A DNA stretch of 63,770 bases, filler included, from 5 parts of 5 records of this genome joined end to end with filler, not necessarily neighbours in it; one strand, 5' to 3'. Shown: positions 33,706-44,547, numbered from the whole stretch's first letter. Notes: generated by a model not told the origin, from the letters alone. Program-made: numbers and translations.

Positions 33706-34014
33706 ATTGTTATCGGTTGCGGTCTCTATCAAAATGGCGATTCCGTGGGGGGCGTAACCTTCAAACAACACCTCTTTGTAATCCCCTTGGTTTTTGTCAG
33801 AAGCTCTCTTAATAGCGCGCTCAATATTGTCCTTGGGCATGTTGACCGCCTTAGCATTCTGAATTACGGCACGTAGCTTGGAATTGGCATCTGGATCCGG
33901 GCCACCTTCCTTAACAGCCATTACAATATCTTTCCCAATTCGGGTAAATGCTTTGGACATGGCGGCCCAACGCTTCATTTTCCGTGCTTTTCTAAATTCG
34001 AACGCTCTTCCCAT
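33706..34014 (-). CDS. yebC: YebC/PmpR-family protein, truncated at contig end
   Basis: [46 protein letters not shown]. Confidence 0.93.
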
Positions 34015-34085
34015 ATATTCTTAAATTCTGGATGCTGGCAAATTTAGCAAAAAATGCACCTTTGTCAAGATGATTATCTTTCAAG

Positions 34086-34367
34086 CTAGCCAATAATTTT
34101 TTCAATGGATGTAGCGAGGTCAATGTCTTTTTGTGTAACCCCATCGGCATCGTGAGTGCTCAGTTTTATAGTGAGGCTGTTGTACACATTTTCCCACTCC
34201 GGATGGTGATTTTGTTTTTCACATTCAAACGCGATATGGGTCATTTTGGAAAACGTCTCCTTGAAATCCTCAAAAGTGAAGGACTTAACGATCATTTCCT
34301 CTTTTAGGGACCAGCCAGATAATGTTTCAAGGGCTTTTTCAATTTCATTGGTGTTCATCTTCTTCAT
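34086..34367 (-). CDS. phhB: Pterin-4-alpha-carbinolamine dehydratase
   Basis: NHHPEWENVYN...LSTHDADGVTQKDIDLA signature. Confidence 0.93.
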   Translation of the reverse strand: MKKMNTNEIEKALETLSGWSLKEEMIVKSFTFEDFKETFSKMTHIAFECEKQNHHPEWENVYNSLTIKLSTHDADGVTQKDIDLATSIEKIIG

Positions 34368-34413
34368 AAATATGTTTTTTCAGAAGATAACCAATTTAAC
34401 ACTGAAAAGAAAA

Positions 34414-35232
34414 CTATACGGGAAGATGATGGTCGATTATCTCCTGACAGCTGACTCGTAAATTTTTAGGAAGTAAGTTATCCTTGGGCAAAGCGGCCAA
34501 GTATCGGTCTTCGTTGGTGGTGTAGACCCTTTTGTAGATTGGATGATAATTTCCCAAATGTGCAATAACCTCTTTGATGAATTCCTCATGCTGGATAAGG
34601 TCGCTGCTGCCTAAATGATGAATGCCCGTTTTGTTCCGATTGATGAGGTAGTGGATTTGTTGGGTAAGCCTATCGTCGTTGGTCACATTGATGATGAGGT
34701 TAGGAAACACTTCAATAGGTTCGTTGTTCTCTATATTTTCCTTGATTTCCTTGATTCTGGGCGAGAAGTTTCCAAAAACCATGGGGATTCTGAGAATGGC
34801 GGTCTTTTCCTTGGGCAACCGCATCATCATGTTCTCAATTTTGATTTTTAGACGACCGTAAACGCTTAACGACAATGTTTTGTCCTGCTCATAGGATGGA
34901 AATTTGCTGTAGGCATCGAATACATTGGCCGATGAAATAAAGTATAACTTGGCATCGGTTTTTATCAAATATTCCATCAAATGTTGATGAGCCTGTATCT
35001 GTGCAGGAAAATTTCCGCGGAGAGCAGAGACGATGACATCGGGCCTAACCTGTTCGAGTACCTGAAAAATATCATCCTCCTCTAAGTCGTACCGAATAAA
35101 TTGCTTGTTTTTTGCAAAAGAGCGGTTGGAATAGTAAGTACCGTAGGTATCAAAATAGGAGCAGAGTTCTTTGTATATGGCATTGCCCACAAATCCACTT
35201 GCACCTAATATCAATATCTTTTTTTTATCCAA
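34414..35232 (-). CDS. RmlD-like NAD(P)-binding sugar-nucleotide reductase family protein
   Basis: TTG start, GASGFVG, ISSANVFD, YGRLK (YxxxK) extended-SDR motifs. Confidence 0.8.
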   Translation of the reverse strand: MDKKKILILGASGFVGNAIYKELCSYFDTYGTYYSNRSFAKNKQFIRYDLEEDDIFQVLEQVRPDVIVSALRGNFPAQIQAHQHLMEYLIKTDAKLYFISSANVFDAYSKFPSYEQDKTLSLSVYGRLKIKIENMMMRLPKEKTAILRIPMVFGNFSPRIKEIKENIENNEPIEVFPNLIINVTNDDRLTQQIHYLINRNKTGIHHLGSSDLIQHEEFIKEVIAHLGNYHPIYKRVYTTNEDRYLAALPKDNLLPKNLRVSCQEIIDHHLPV

Positions 35233-35239
35233 AGGCTAC

Positions 35240-36328
35240 CTAGGTATTTTTGTAGAATGGTAATTTGACTACGGTTGCAGGAACTTTGTTGATTCGGATT
35301 TGAATAAAAATCGGGGTGTCCAATTTGGAGTGAGCTGTAGTCACATAACCCAAACCAATTCCTTTGGAAAGCGAAGGAGACATAGTCCCTGAGGTTACTT
35401 TCCCGATTTCGTTGCCATCGGCATCCAAGATGGGGTAACCAGCTCTGGGAATCCCACGTTCTTCCATTTGGAAGGCGACCAGTTTACGTTTAGATCCTTC
35501 CGCCTTTTCTTTGGAGAGATTGTCGCTGTTCACAAAATCTTTGGTGAACTTGGTAATCCAGCCCAGTCCAGCTTCAAAAGGGGAAGTAGTATCGTCGATA
35601 TCGTTTCCGTAAAGGCAATACCCCATTTCCAAACGTAAAGTGTCACGAGCGGCCAAACCGATGGGTTTGATGCCAAAATCAGTACCTGCTTCCAAAACCT
35701 TGTCCCACACCTGTTGTACTTCTGAATTCTTACAATAAATCTCAAAACCGCCAGAACCCGTGTATCCGGTGGCGGAAATGATGACGTGTTCGATTCCTGC
35801 AAAATCTCCTACTACAAAATTATAGAACTTGATGGACGACAAATCCACAGAAGTCAAAGATTGCATGGCCTCCACAGCTTTTGGTCCTTGGATGGCCAAT
35901 AGGGAATAATCATCGGATAGGTTGCGCATATCGGCACCTATACTTTCGTTGTACTTGGAAATATGTTGCCAGTCCTTGTCAATGTTGGATGCATTTACCA
36001 CCAAAAGATAGGTTTCGTCCTTGATCATATAAATAATCAAATCGTCTACGATACCCCCCGTTTCGTTGGTCAAACAGCTATACTGCGCTTTACCTATCTC
36101 CAATTTGGAAGCATCGTTGGTGGATACCTTTTGAATCAGCTCCAAAGCTTTTGGGCCCTCTATCAAAAACTCGCCCATGTGGGACACATCGAACACACCT
36201 ACCGCCTTGCGGACGGTTTCATGCTCAATATTCACACCTTCATAGGAAACAGGCATATTATAACCGGCAAAAGGTACCATTTTGGCCCCAAGGGCCTCAT
36301 GTGTTTTGGTAAGGGCAGTATTTTTCAT
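35240..36328 (-). CDS. gcvT: Glycine cleavage system aminomethyltransferase T
   Basis: [40 protein letters not shown]; -7 box TAAATTTG at 36350-36357. Confidence 0.96.
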   Translation of the reverse strand: MKNTALTKTHEALGAKMVPFAGYNMPVSYEGVNIEHETVRKAVGVFDVSHMGEFLIEGPKALELIQKVSTNDASKLEIGKAQYSCLTNETGGIVDDLIIYMIKDETYLLVVNASNIDKDWQHISKYNESIGADMRNLSDDYSLLAIQGPKAVEAMQSLTSVDLSSIKFYNFVVGDFAGIEHVIISATGYTGSGGFEIYCKNSEVQQVWDKVLEAGTDFGIKPIGLAARDTLRLEMGYCLYGNDIDDTTSPFEAGLGWITKFTKDFVNSDNLSKEKAEGSKRKLVAFQMEERGIPRAGYPILDADGNEIGKVTSGTMSPSLSKGIGLGYVTTAHSKLDTPIFIQIRINKVPATVVKLPFYKNT

Positions 36329-36468
36329 TGACTCTATTTTTAAGATTGGCAAATTTATGTAATTAATTAGGGATACGCTTATTTTTGGATATTATGATTT
36401 TCCTAAAACTGAATCAACAAGCGTCTCATTATATGTCCAAAATTCGTATTTTGAAAAAAAATAAAAGC

Positions 36469-38085
36469 ATGTCAAAATTTATATTGAGCCTTTTCTCCGC
36501 TTTGTTGGTGGGGGCAATGGCAATTTCACAGAATTTGCCAACGGACTACTTGCCCGCCGATTTTCATAAGGAAAGAAGAGATGCTGTTAGGAAAAAATTG
36601 CCCACAAATACAGCTGTGGTCCTCTTTGCCAATGCCGAACGAAATAGGGCCAATGATGTTGATTATGTGTATCATCAAGACCCCAATTTTTATTACCTGA
36701 CAGGCTATAAGGAGCCCAATGCAGTCTTGGTTATTTTTTCCGAAGAGCAGACCGATGCTTCAGGCAATACTTTCAATGAGATTTTCTATGTACAGGAAAG
36801 AGATGCGCGAGCAGAGCAATGGACAGGAAAACGCTTGGGTGTAGAAGGAGTGAAGGAACAATTGGGATTCGATATGGTCTACAATGGAAGTGAATTTGAA
36901 AACTTCCCCTTGGATTTTACTTCCTTTGATAATGTTTCATTTGTGGATTTCCAGAATGATTATCGGGATAAATCCGGAAAAGCGGATTTATTTGATCTTA
37001 TCAAAACCTTTAAGATAAAGGCGAATTACCCTTCGGATTATAATCCCACACGGAATAGCCTTTATAAACGAATAGCAACTGCAAACTCTGAGAACAGTGG
37101 TGAGGTAGCGGAAACCATAAAGCGGTATATGGAGCGTTACCCAGAATTGCAAGAGGATGATATCTTAAACGATTTTGTAGAGGCCAATAATGATGAAATC
37201 CGTGATGAAATCAAGAATAAGGTGCTGGTGATTCAACGTTCCACCAATTTGGATTCCAGTATTTTACCAAAGGTAATGGCAGAATTACGCCAAGATAAGA
37301 CCCCAGAGGAAATGAAGCTGTTGAAAAAGGCCATTGAAATTTCTGCGGTTGGCCAAATTGAGGTGATGAAGGCCATGCACCCCAATATGTCAGAAACCGA
37401 GATCCAAGGAGTGCACGAATACGTTTATAAAAGATATGGTGCCGAATACGAAGGCTACCCATCCATTGTAGGTGGCGGACACAATGGCTGTATTCTTCAC
37501 TATATTGAAAATAATAAAACCAAGGTCGGCGACGATTTGGTTTTGATGGACTTGGGAGCGGAATACCATGGTTATACGGCCGATGTGACCCGTACCATCC
37601 CGGCCAATGGAAAATTCTCTCCAGAGCAAAAGGCCATTTACGATATCGTTTACAATGCGCAGGAAGCGGGCATTGCCGCAAGTGTGGTCGGTGCTTCCTT
37701 TCGTGAGCCGCACAATGCTGCCTTGCAAGTGGTGACAAAGGGATTGATGGATTTAGGCATTATCAAGGACGCCAAAGAGGCCAGGACCTATTTTCCGCAC
37801 GGGACATCCCATTATTTGGGATTGGATGTGCACGACCCTGGGACTTATCAAACTTTCAAACCTAACCAGGTTATCACCGTAGAGCCCGGAATCTATATTC
37901 CTGAAAACAGTGATTGCGATGAAAAATGGTGGGGCATCGCCGTTAGGATCGAAGATGATATCTTGATTACTGAAAATGGTCCCGTCAATCTTTCAGGGAT
38001 GGCACCGCGAAAGGCTGAGGAAATCGAAAAAATAATGAAACAACCCAGTCCCTTGGACAGTTTTAAACTGCCCAAGTTGGATTAA
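36469..38085 (+). CDS. Exported Xaa-Pro aminopeptidase (M24B, PepP-like)
   Basis: Signal peptide, AMP_N domain (YHQDPNFYYLTG), DLGAEY..Y.ADVTRT, HGTSHYLGLDVHD, TVEPGIY, VRIEDD. Confidence 0.92.
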   Translation: MSKFILSLFSALLVGAMAISQNLPTDYLPADFHKERRDAVRKKLPTNTAVVLFANAERNRANDVDYVYHQDPNFYYLTGYKEPNAVLVIFSEEQTDASGNTFNEIFYVQERDARAEQWTGKRLGVEGVKEQLGFDMVYNGSEFENFPLDFTSFDNVSFVDFQNDYRDKSGKADLFDLIKTFKIKANYPSDYNPTRNSLYKRIATANSENSGEVAETIKRYMERYPELQEDDILNDFVEANNDEIRDEIKNKVLVIQRSTNLDSSILPKVMAELRQDKTPEEMKLLKKAIEISAVGQIEVMKAMHPNMSETEIQGVHEYVYKRYGAEYEGYPSIVGGGHNGCILHYIENNKTKVGDDLVLMDLGAEYHGYTADVTRTIPANGKFSPEQKAIYDIVYNAQEAGIAASVVGASFREPHNAALQVVTKGLMDLGIIKDAKEARTYFPHGTSHYLGLDVHDPGTYQTFKPNQVITVEPGIYIPENSDCDEKWWGIAVRIEDDILITENGPVNLSGMAPRKAEEIEKIMKQPSPLDSFKLPKLD

Positions 38086-39377
38086 TCATCAAGAAGAAAT
38101 TGTTTTAACTCTTCGTAAGATGATATTTTATATGATTTTTTCTCTTTGTCCATCACTTTCATGATTTGGGGAGGAATCTTTGGGCTGATTTCCAAGGTGT
38201 CCTGCACAACATCCAAAAATTTCACAGGATGGGCGGTTTCCAAGAAAATACCAAAGGTATTCGGGTTGGATTTCTGATATTCCTTCAGTCCAAGATAACC
38301 GACGGCACCATGGGGATCCATCACGTAGCCAGTTTTGGAATACACCTCTTTCATGATTGCTTTGGTGTTTTCATCTGTAAAGGAGTAGGAGGAAAGACTT
38401 TTTTGCAGCGTCTCCAAATCATCTTGATACAAATGTCTGATGCGGACGAAATTACTGGGGTCCCCCACATCCATGGCATTAGAAATGGTTGCCACGGATG
38501 GCATGGGTTCGTAAACCCCGCTTTCCATGAACTTTGGTACCACATCGTTCACATTGGTGGAGGCCACGAAGTGTTTGACGGGCATGCCCAATTTTTGGGC
38601 GACCATCCCCGCACAAATGTTTCCAAAATTTCCCGATGGTACGGAAAAGACAATTTCCTTTCCTTTTGGTTTCGCTTGTTTGTAAGCGAATAAAAAGTAG
38701 AACAACTGTGGCAACCACCTTGCAACATTGATGCTGTTGGCCGAGGTCAGTTTTTTGTGGTCGGTAATTTCGGTGTCCAGAAAAGCTGTCTTCACCATAC
38801 GTTGGCAATCATCAAAAACGCCATCAACTTCCATGGCTTCAATATTTAGTCCAAGCGTGGTCAATTGTTTTTCTTGGATCTCGCTTACCTTTCCGCTAGG
38901 GTAGAGAATGACCACTTTTACGCCATCAACCCCCAAAAAGCCATTGGCAACGGCACCACCAGTATCCCCAGATGTAGCAACAAGTACGGTAACATCCTGT
39001 TTTTCTCCTTGTGAAAAGTATCCAAGACAGTTGGCCATAAAACGAGCCCCAACATCTTTAAAGGCCATTGTAGGACCATGAAAAAGTTCCAAAGTGGCCA
39101 CATTTTCTTCGATTTCGACTACGGGAAAATCAAAATCCAACGTATTGGCGATAATGTCTTTTAAAGCTTCGTCTGGAATGTCCTCGCTCACAAATTGATG
39201 AATAGCTTGGAAGGCTATTTCGTGGTTGGATAGTTTTTCAATATTCTCGAAAAAATCAGCAGGAAGCGGTATGATACTTTCTGGAAAATAAAGTCCTTTA
39301 TCAGGAGCTATTCCTGCAATGACCGCCTCTTTGAAGGTAGCTTGAATATTTTGGTTATTTAGACTGTAGAATTTCAT
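38082..39377 (-). CDS. thrC: Threonine synthase
   Basis: LELFHGPTMAFKDVG, ATSGDTG, SANSINVARW, PSGNFGN, ETAHPVKF. Confidence 0.97.
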   Translation of the reverse strand: MKFYSLNNQNIQATFKEAVIAGIAPDKGLYFPESIIPLPADFFENIEKLSNHEIAFQAIHQFVSEDIPDEALKDIIANTLDFDFPVVEIEENVATLELFHGPTMAFKDVGARFMANCLGYFSQGEKQDVTVLVATSGDTGGAVANGFLGVDGVKVVILYPSGKVSEIQEKQLTTLGLNIEAMEVDGVFDDCQRMVKTAFLDTEITDHKKLTSANSINVARWLPQLFYFLFAYKQAKPKGKEIVFSVPSGNFGNICAGMVAQKLGMPVKHFVASTNVNDVVPKFMESGVYEPMPSVATISNAMDVGDPSNFVRIRHLYQDDLETLQKSLSSYSFTDENTKAIMKEVYSKTGYVMDPHGAVGYLGLKEYQKSNPNTFGIFLETAHPVKFLDVVQDTLEISPKIPPQIMKVMDKEKKSYKISSYEELKQFLLDD

Positions 39378-39381
39378 GGAT

Positions 39382-40305
39382 TTAAGCAATTTTCTTTACG
39401 CCTTGGCTATTCACTTTGGAAACATGGATATCAAAATCCACTCCAATGTTTTGATATGTTTCTTTCATGGACTCCGCCACTTTTTTTGCAGTTTCTTCTC
39501 CTCTGCTCAATGCAAAAATGGATGGTCCGGAACCTGAGATTCCACTTCCCAGAGCCCCTGCTTTTATGGCATTTGCTTTGATATCGTCAAAAGCAGGAAT
39601 CAAAATGGACCGGATGGGCTCCACAATATGGTCGTGCAACGAGCGCCCGATCAAATCGTAGTCGTTTTGGAATAGCCCTGCGACAAGTCCGCCCAAATTT
39701 CCCCATTGCCGAATGCCTTGTTGCATGGAAATGGTGGTCTTCAAAATTTTTCGGGAATCCGAGGTCTTTATCTCGATTTGTGGATGGATTACCGTGGCAT
39801 ACAGTTCCGATGGTGTTGGTATCGGGATAATGTCAAGCGGCTCGTAACTCCTAACCAAAGTGAAGCCCCCATAAATTGCTGGGGCCACATTATCGGCATG
39901 GGCCACATCACTGGCCAATTTTTCTCCCTGCATGGCAAATTCCACCAATTCTAAATTAGAAAATGGTTTGCCCAAAAGCTCGTTCATGGCCCAAACGGCC
40001 CCCGTGGAACTGGCGGCACTGCTGCCGATACCACTTCCCGGTTTGATGCGCTTGTCGATTTCGATTTCAAAACCACCTTGGTAGCTGCTTTTGGCCAATA
40101 GGGCCAGACCTGCTACCCCGGCTACATTGTTTTCGGTTTCAAGAGGAAGGTCTTGCCCCAATATTTTGGTGATGCGAATGCCTTTTTCTGTAGTTTTTCG
40201 AACGGTCATCTCGTCACCGACGGAATCCAAGGCCAAGCCCAAAACATCGAACCCGCAGGATACGTTGGCTATGGTTGCCGGGCAGAATACTTTAATTTTT
40301 TCCAT
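39382..40305 (-). CDS. thrB: Homoserine kinase
   Basis: PATIANVSCGFDVLG, PGSGIGSSAAS GHMP motif, HADNVAP, ISGSGPS. Confidence 0.96.
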   Translation of the reverse strand: MEKIKVFCPATIANVSCGFDVLGLALDSVGDEMTVRKTTEKGIRITKILGQDLPLETENNVAGVAGLALLAKSSYQGGFEIEIDKRIKPGSGIGSSAASSTGAVWAMNELLGKPFSNLELVEFAMQGEKLASDVAHADNVAPAIYGGFTLVRSYEPLDIIPIPTPSELYATVIHPQIEIKTSDSRKILKTTISMQQGIRQWGNLGGLVAGLFQNDYDLIGRSLHDHIVEPIRSILIPAFDDIKANAIKAGALGSGISGSGPSIFALSRGEETAKKVAESMKETYQNIGVDFDIHVSKVNSQGVKKIA

Positions 40306-40308
40306 CGT

Positions 40309-42753
40309 TTAGAAATTTCCGATTCGAACTATATCCGCAAAGATACCCGATGCGGTAACATCGGCACCTGCTCCGGCTCCTTTAATGATCAAAGGTTGGT
40401 TTACATATCTATCGGTGAAGAAAAGAACGATATTATCGCTTCCCTCCAAGTTATAAAAATCATGTCCTTTTGGTATTTGCTGTAGCCCCACTTTGGCCTT
40501 TCCATCTTCAAATTGGGCCACATATTTTAATTTGCAATCCGAGTCGGCCGCATCCTTGTACAATTTTTGAAAATCGGCCTCATATTTCTTCAAGCTTTCA
40601 AAAAAAGCTTTGTTGGAGTCGGTTTCCAGGCTTTCCTTTGGTAAAAAGGCTTCATTTTCAATATCATCAATATTCAATTGATGGCCGCTTTCTCTGGCCA
40701 AAATCAATATTTTTCGCATCACATCAACACCACTCAGGTCAATGGTTGGGTCGGGCTCGGTATAGCCTTGTTCCTGAGCCTGTTTTACCACATCGTGGAA
40801 GGTAGTGGAATCATCAAAAGTATTGAAGACAAAATTCAGACTGCCGGATAAAACCGCCTGTATTTTCCTGATTTTGTCTCCCGAGGCAATCAGGTGCTTT
40901 AAGGTGTCCAAGATAGGTAAGCCTGCGCCTACATTGGTTTCGAACAAATATGGGGCGTTGTATTGTTTGGCCAATTGCTTCAGTTCCTTGTAATAGGCGT
41001 AATCCGAAGATGACGCAATTTTATTGCAGGTGACCACTGAAATACTGTTTTTGAGGTAGCTGGAATAGCTTTTGGAAACCTCGGCATTTGCAGTGTTGTC
41101 CACGAAAATGCTGTTACGGTAGTTTAGGGAAATGATGCGATCATAAAATGAATCTTTGTCCGCCGGCTCTCCTTGTTCCAAAATGTTCTCCCAGTCTTTC
41201 AGGGAAATGCCGCTTTCATCAAAAGCCATTTTTCTGGAATTGCTGATGCCAATGACACGAACGTTGAGCTTTAACTCTTCCTTTAAGTATTTTTTCTGCT
41301 GACGTATCTGTTGCAAAAACTTGGAACCCACGTTTCCGACACCCATCACGAACAGGTTCAGCTGTTTGATGTTTTCTTCAAAAAAGGTCTCATGCAACGA
41401 GTTCAGCGCTTTCTTTACATCCTCCTTTTTTATGACTGCAGAAATGTTCCGTTCCGAAGCACCTTGGGCGATGGCGCGGATGTTAACATTGTTTTTCCCC
41501 AAAGTGCTGAAAATTTTACCGCTCAAACCTTGGTGACTTTTCATGTTATCACCGACCAGAGCCACGATAGTCAAATCCTTTTCAACGATAACAGGCTTGA
41601 TTTTTTTGGTTGATATCTCGAATTCAAAGGTTTCGTTAACTGCTTCTGCAGCCAAATCCACATCCTCATCTGCAATACCAACGCAAATGGAATGTTCGGA
41701 AGATGCTTGTGTAATTAGTACGATACTGATGTTTTTTACGGAAAGCGTTTCAAAAAACCGTTTAGATATACCGGGGATACCTATCATTCCGGGACCTTCC
41801 AATGAAAGCAAGCTAATGTTTCCTACATGGCTTATTCCACGTACTGTTTTTCCATTTCCATTATTGTTTTTGGCAATCAATGTTCCTGGTTCTTCCGGGG
41901 CGAAGGTATTTTTAATGGCAATGGGAATCTCTTTTCCCAGTACGGGTTGAATGGTGGGCGGATAAAGCACTTTAGCACCAAAATGGGATAGCTCCATTGC
42001 TTCTTGATAGCTGATATTGGCTACGCATTTGGCCTGTTTTACCAATTTTGGGTTGGCGGTGTACATGCCACTGACATCGGTCCATATTTCCAAAATATCC
42101 GCATCTACGGCAGCAGCGATAATAGCTGCGGTATAGTCGGAACCACCTCTGCCCAGAGTGGTCAGGTCGCCGCTTTTGCTGGAGGCCACAAATCCCGGTA
42201 GTATGGTTATTTGGTTCTTGTTAGTGGCAAAAAAATCTTGGCATAGTGTGTTGGTCAATGTAAAGTACACATTGGCCTTGCCAAAATTGCTATCCGTTTT
42301 GATAAGTTCACGGCTGTCCTTGAAAGCGGCGTCCAATCCTTCGGATTTAAGGAACTCACTTATGATAAAGGAAGAAAGGAGTTCCCCGTAGCTTACAATT
42401 TTGTCGGATAGTTTTGGTGTAAGCTCGCCTATTAAAAAGGCTCCTTCCAACAAAGTTTCCAAAATATTGAGTTCACTCTTTACTTTGCTCAAGGCCGCAC
42501 TTTGCGATTTCACGGGAATCAATTCCCTGATAGTGGATATATGTCTGTCCTCGATTTCCTTAAGACTTTCTGTATAGCTGATATCTTGTTCGGATGCAGA
42601 ACGGGAAGCTTTGAGCAGTAGGTCGGTTATTCCTCCAAATGCCGAGACCACAACGGCGATTTGCCCTTCACTTTGATTGCTTAGGATAGATTTGACCTTA
42701 TTTATATTCTCTGGATTGGCAACGGAAGTGCCTCCAAATTTTAAGACTTTCAT
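40309..42753 (-). CDS. thrA: Bifunctional aspartate kinase / homoserine dehydrogenase I
   Basis: KFGGTSV, TLGRGGSDYTA, two ACT domains, GVGNVG, ETNVGAGLP, GYTEPDP, GAGAGADVTA. Confidence 0.97.
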   Translation of the reverse strand: MKVLKFGGTSVANPENINKVKSILSNQSEGQIAVVVSAFGGITDLLLKASRSASEQDISYTESLKEIEDRHISTIRELIPVKSQSAALSKVKSELNILETLLEGAFLIGELTPKLSDKIVSYGELLSSFIISEFLKSEGLDAAFKDSRELIKTDSNFGKANVYFTLTNTLCQDFFATNKNQITILPGFVASSKSGDLTTLGRGGSDYTAAIIAAAVDADILEIWTDVSGMYTANPKLVKQAKCVANISYQEAMELSHFGAKVLYPPTIQPVLGKEIPIAIKNTFAPEEPGTLIAKNNNGNGKTVRGISHVGNISLLSLEGPGMIGIPGISKRFFETLSVKNISIVLITQASSEHSICVGIADEDVDLAAEAVNETFEFEISTKKIKPVIVEKDLTIVALVGDNMKSHQGLSGKIFSTLGKNNVNIRAIAQGASERNISAVIKKEDVKKALNSLHETFFEENIKQLNLFVMGVGNVGSKFLQQIRQQKKYLKEELKLNVRVIGISNSRKMAFDESGISLKDWENILEQGEPADKDSFYDRIISLNYRNSIFVDNTANAEVSKSYSSYLKNSISVVTCNKIASSSDYAYYKELKQLAKQYNAPYLFETNVGAGLPILDTLKHLIASGDKIRKIQAVLSGSLNFVFNTFDDSTTFHDVVKQAQEQGYTEPDPTIDLSGVDVMRKILILARESGHQLNIDDIENEAFLPKESLETDSNKAFFESLKKYEADFQKLYKDAADSDCKLKYVAQFEDGKAKVGLQQIPKGHDFYNLEGSDNIVLFFTDRYVNQPLIIKGAGAGADVTASGIFADIVRIGNF

Positions 42754-42818
42754 GATAAAATATTGTTGTGAAAAATTGAAAATAGATTGAAAAAACGGAC
42801 GGAATTATATATAGCAGA

Positions 42819-42908
42819 TTACCCCAAAGGGGTGGTAGTAGTAATAGTGAAAGTAGATGAAAAAGGATTCATCAAAATAAAGTTAATATTCGTTTGATTT
42901 ATCTGCAT
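42819..42908 (-). CDS. thrL: Putative thr operon leader peptide (MQINQTNINFILMNPFSSTFTITTTTPLG)
   Basis: 29-codon uORF ending 65 nt upstream of thrA with a T-F-T-I-T-T-T-T control-codon run; not in the ORF track. Confidence 0.78.
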   Translation of the reverse strand: MQINQTNINFILMNPFSSTFTITTTTPLG

Positions 42909-42935
42909 TGCCCTATAATGAGATGATAAAAGTAG

Positions 42936-42943
42936 TACTTTTG
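42936..42943 (+). promoter_or_regulatory. Bacteroidetes -7 element (TACTTTTG) for nnr, overlapping an opposite-strand TACTTTTA box
   Basis: AAAAGTA-G-TACTTTT inverted repeat in the thr/nnr divergent region. Confidence 0.55.
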
Positions 42944-43011
42944 TGTGCTTCATCAAATCATTGGTGTTGTTTTTTGCGAAAATATCACAAATAACCATTT
43001 TTTATTGCTGA

Positions 43012-44547
43012 ATGAAAATTTTCTCTGCAGATCAAATCTATCAAGCTGATAAATCCACAATACAAAAAGAACAGATAAAGAGTGAAGAGCTTATGGAAAG
43101 GGCGGCAGCCCAGTTGTTCGAATGGCTTCATTCACGTTTAAGGGGCACCCAAGTCAATATTCAATTGTTCTGCGGCATCGGGAATAATGGTGGGGACGGG
43201 ATGGCGTTGGCGAGAATGTTGCACGAACATGGTTATTCCATTAAAGTCCATGTGGTGAATTATAGTGACAAGCGCTCAGAAGATTTCTTATTGAATTTGG
43301 AGCGGTTAAAGGATCTTAAGGTGTGGCCTGATTTTATCAATAAAGAAAGTGATTTACCGGAGATTTCTCCTAACGATATAGTCGTGGATGCCATTTTTGG
43401 TATTGGACTGAACCGGGTTCCCGATGATTGGGTCGGAAAATTGATTGGACATATCAATGATTCTCGTGCATTTGTGCTGTCTGTGGACGTCCCTTCTGGT
43501 TTATCTGTGGATAGAGCGCCATGGAATACTTCTTATGTGATACAGGCGAGTTATGTATTAAGTTTTCAATTACCCAAACTGATTTTCTTTTTACCGGAAA
43601 CAGGAGTATATCTAAACCAATGGGAAGTACTTGATATTGGGTTGAACCAAGATTTTATTGCCAATACCGAAGCAGATTTTGAATTGATCGGGCGACCCGA
43701 GGTATTGCCCATGTATCGCCCCCGGCTAAAGTTCTCCCACAAGGGGACCTACGGGCATTCGGTTATAGTCGGGGGAAGCTATGGCAAGATAGGAGCTGTG
43801 CAATTGGCAAGCAATGCCTGTTTGAGTGTGGGAAGCGGATTGGTCAGCGCTTTTGTTCCAAAGTGCGGATATGATTCCTTGCAAACAGCAGTCCCTGAAG
43901 TGATGGTGCTCACTGGTTCCAGGGACAAGAATATTTCAAGGATAGAAATTCCTTTTGAACCATCGGTTGTGGGGATAGGAGTTGGTATTGGACAGGATGA
44001 TGATACGATTGATGCTTTTTCTTCATTCTTAAAGAAGATTAAATTACCTATGGTCATCGATGCGGATGGGTTGAATATTTTATCGAAGAACCCAGAACTG
44101 TTGAAGGATGTTCCTCAATTATCTGTGCTGACGCCCCACCCAAAGGAGCTGGAACGGTTGATTGGCCATTGGGAATCCGATTTTGAAAAGTTGGAAAAGG
44201 CCAAAGAATTTGCCCTGCAGCATAATTTGGTGATTGTGATCAAAGGCGCCCATACGATTACTATATATAATGGCAAAGGTTATGTGAACACTACCGGAAA
44301 TCCCGGTATGGCAACTGCTGGAAGTGGTGATGTGCTAACGGGCATGATAACCGGTCTTATGGCACAGGGATATCCGTCCGTAGAAGCAGCAATATTTGGT
44401 GTTTATTTACACGGATTGGCAGGAGATGTGGGAGCTTCCAAAAAAGGATACGAAGCTTTAAAGGCCTCAATTTTGGTAGATAGTATTGGGGATGCCTATG
44501 CTGATTTGCTCCGTCAACCAGAAATTGAACAGAATGAGGGCAATTAG
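43012..44547 (+). CDS. nnr: Bifunctional NAD(P)H-hydrate epimerase/dehydratase (YjeF/Nnr)
   Basis: CGIGNNGGDG, DAIFGIG, DVPSG, HKGTYG, DADGLN, LTPHPKE, GNPGMATAGSGDVLTG. Confidence 0.95.
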   Translation: MKIFSADQIYQADKSTIQKEQIKSEELMERAAAQLFEWLHSRLRGTQVNIQLFCGIGNNGGDGMALARMLHEHGYSIKVHVVNYSDKRSEDFLLNLERLKDLKVWPDFINKESDLPEISPNDIVVDAIFGIGLNRVPDDWVGKLIGHINDSRAFVLSVDVPSGLSVDRAPWNTSYVIQASYVLSFQLPKLIFFLPETGVYLNQWEVLDIGLNQDFIANTEADFELIGRPEVLPMYRPRLKFSHKGTYGHSVIVGGSYGKIGAVQLASNACLSVGSGLVSAFVPKCGYDSLQTAVPEVMVLTGSRDKNISRIEIPFEPSVVGIGVGIGQDDDTIDAFSSFLKKIKLPMVIDADGLNILSKNPELLKDVPQLSVLTPHPKELERLIGHWESDFEKLEKAKEFALQHNLVIVIKGAHTITIYNGKGYVNTTGNPGMATAGSGDVLTGMITGLMAQGYPSVEAAIFGVYLHGLAGDVGASKKGYEALKASILVDSIGDAYADLLRQPEIEQNEGN

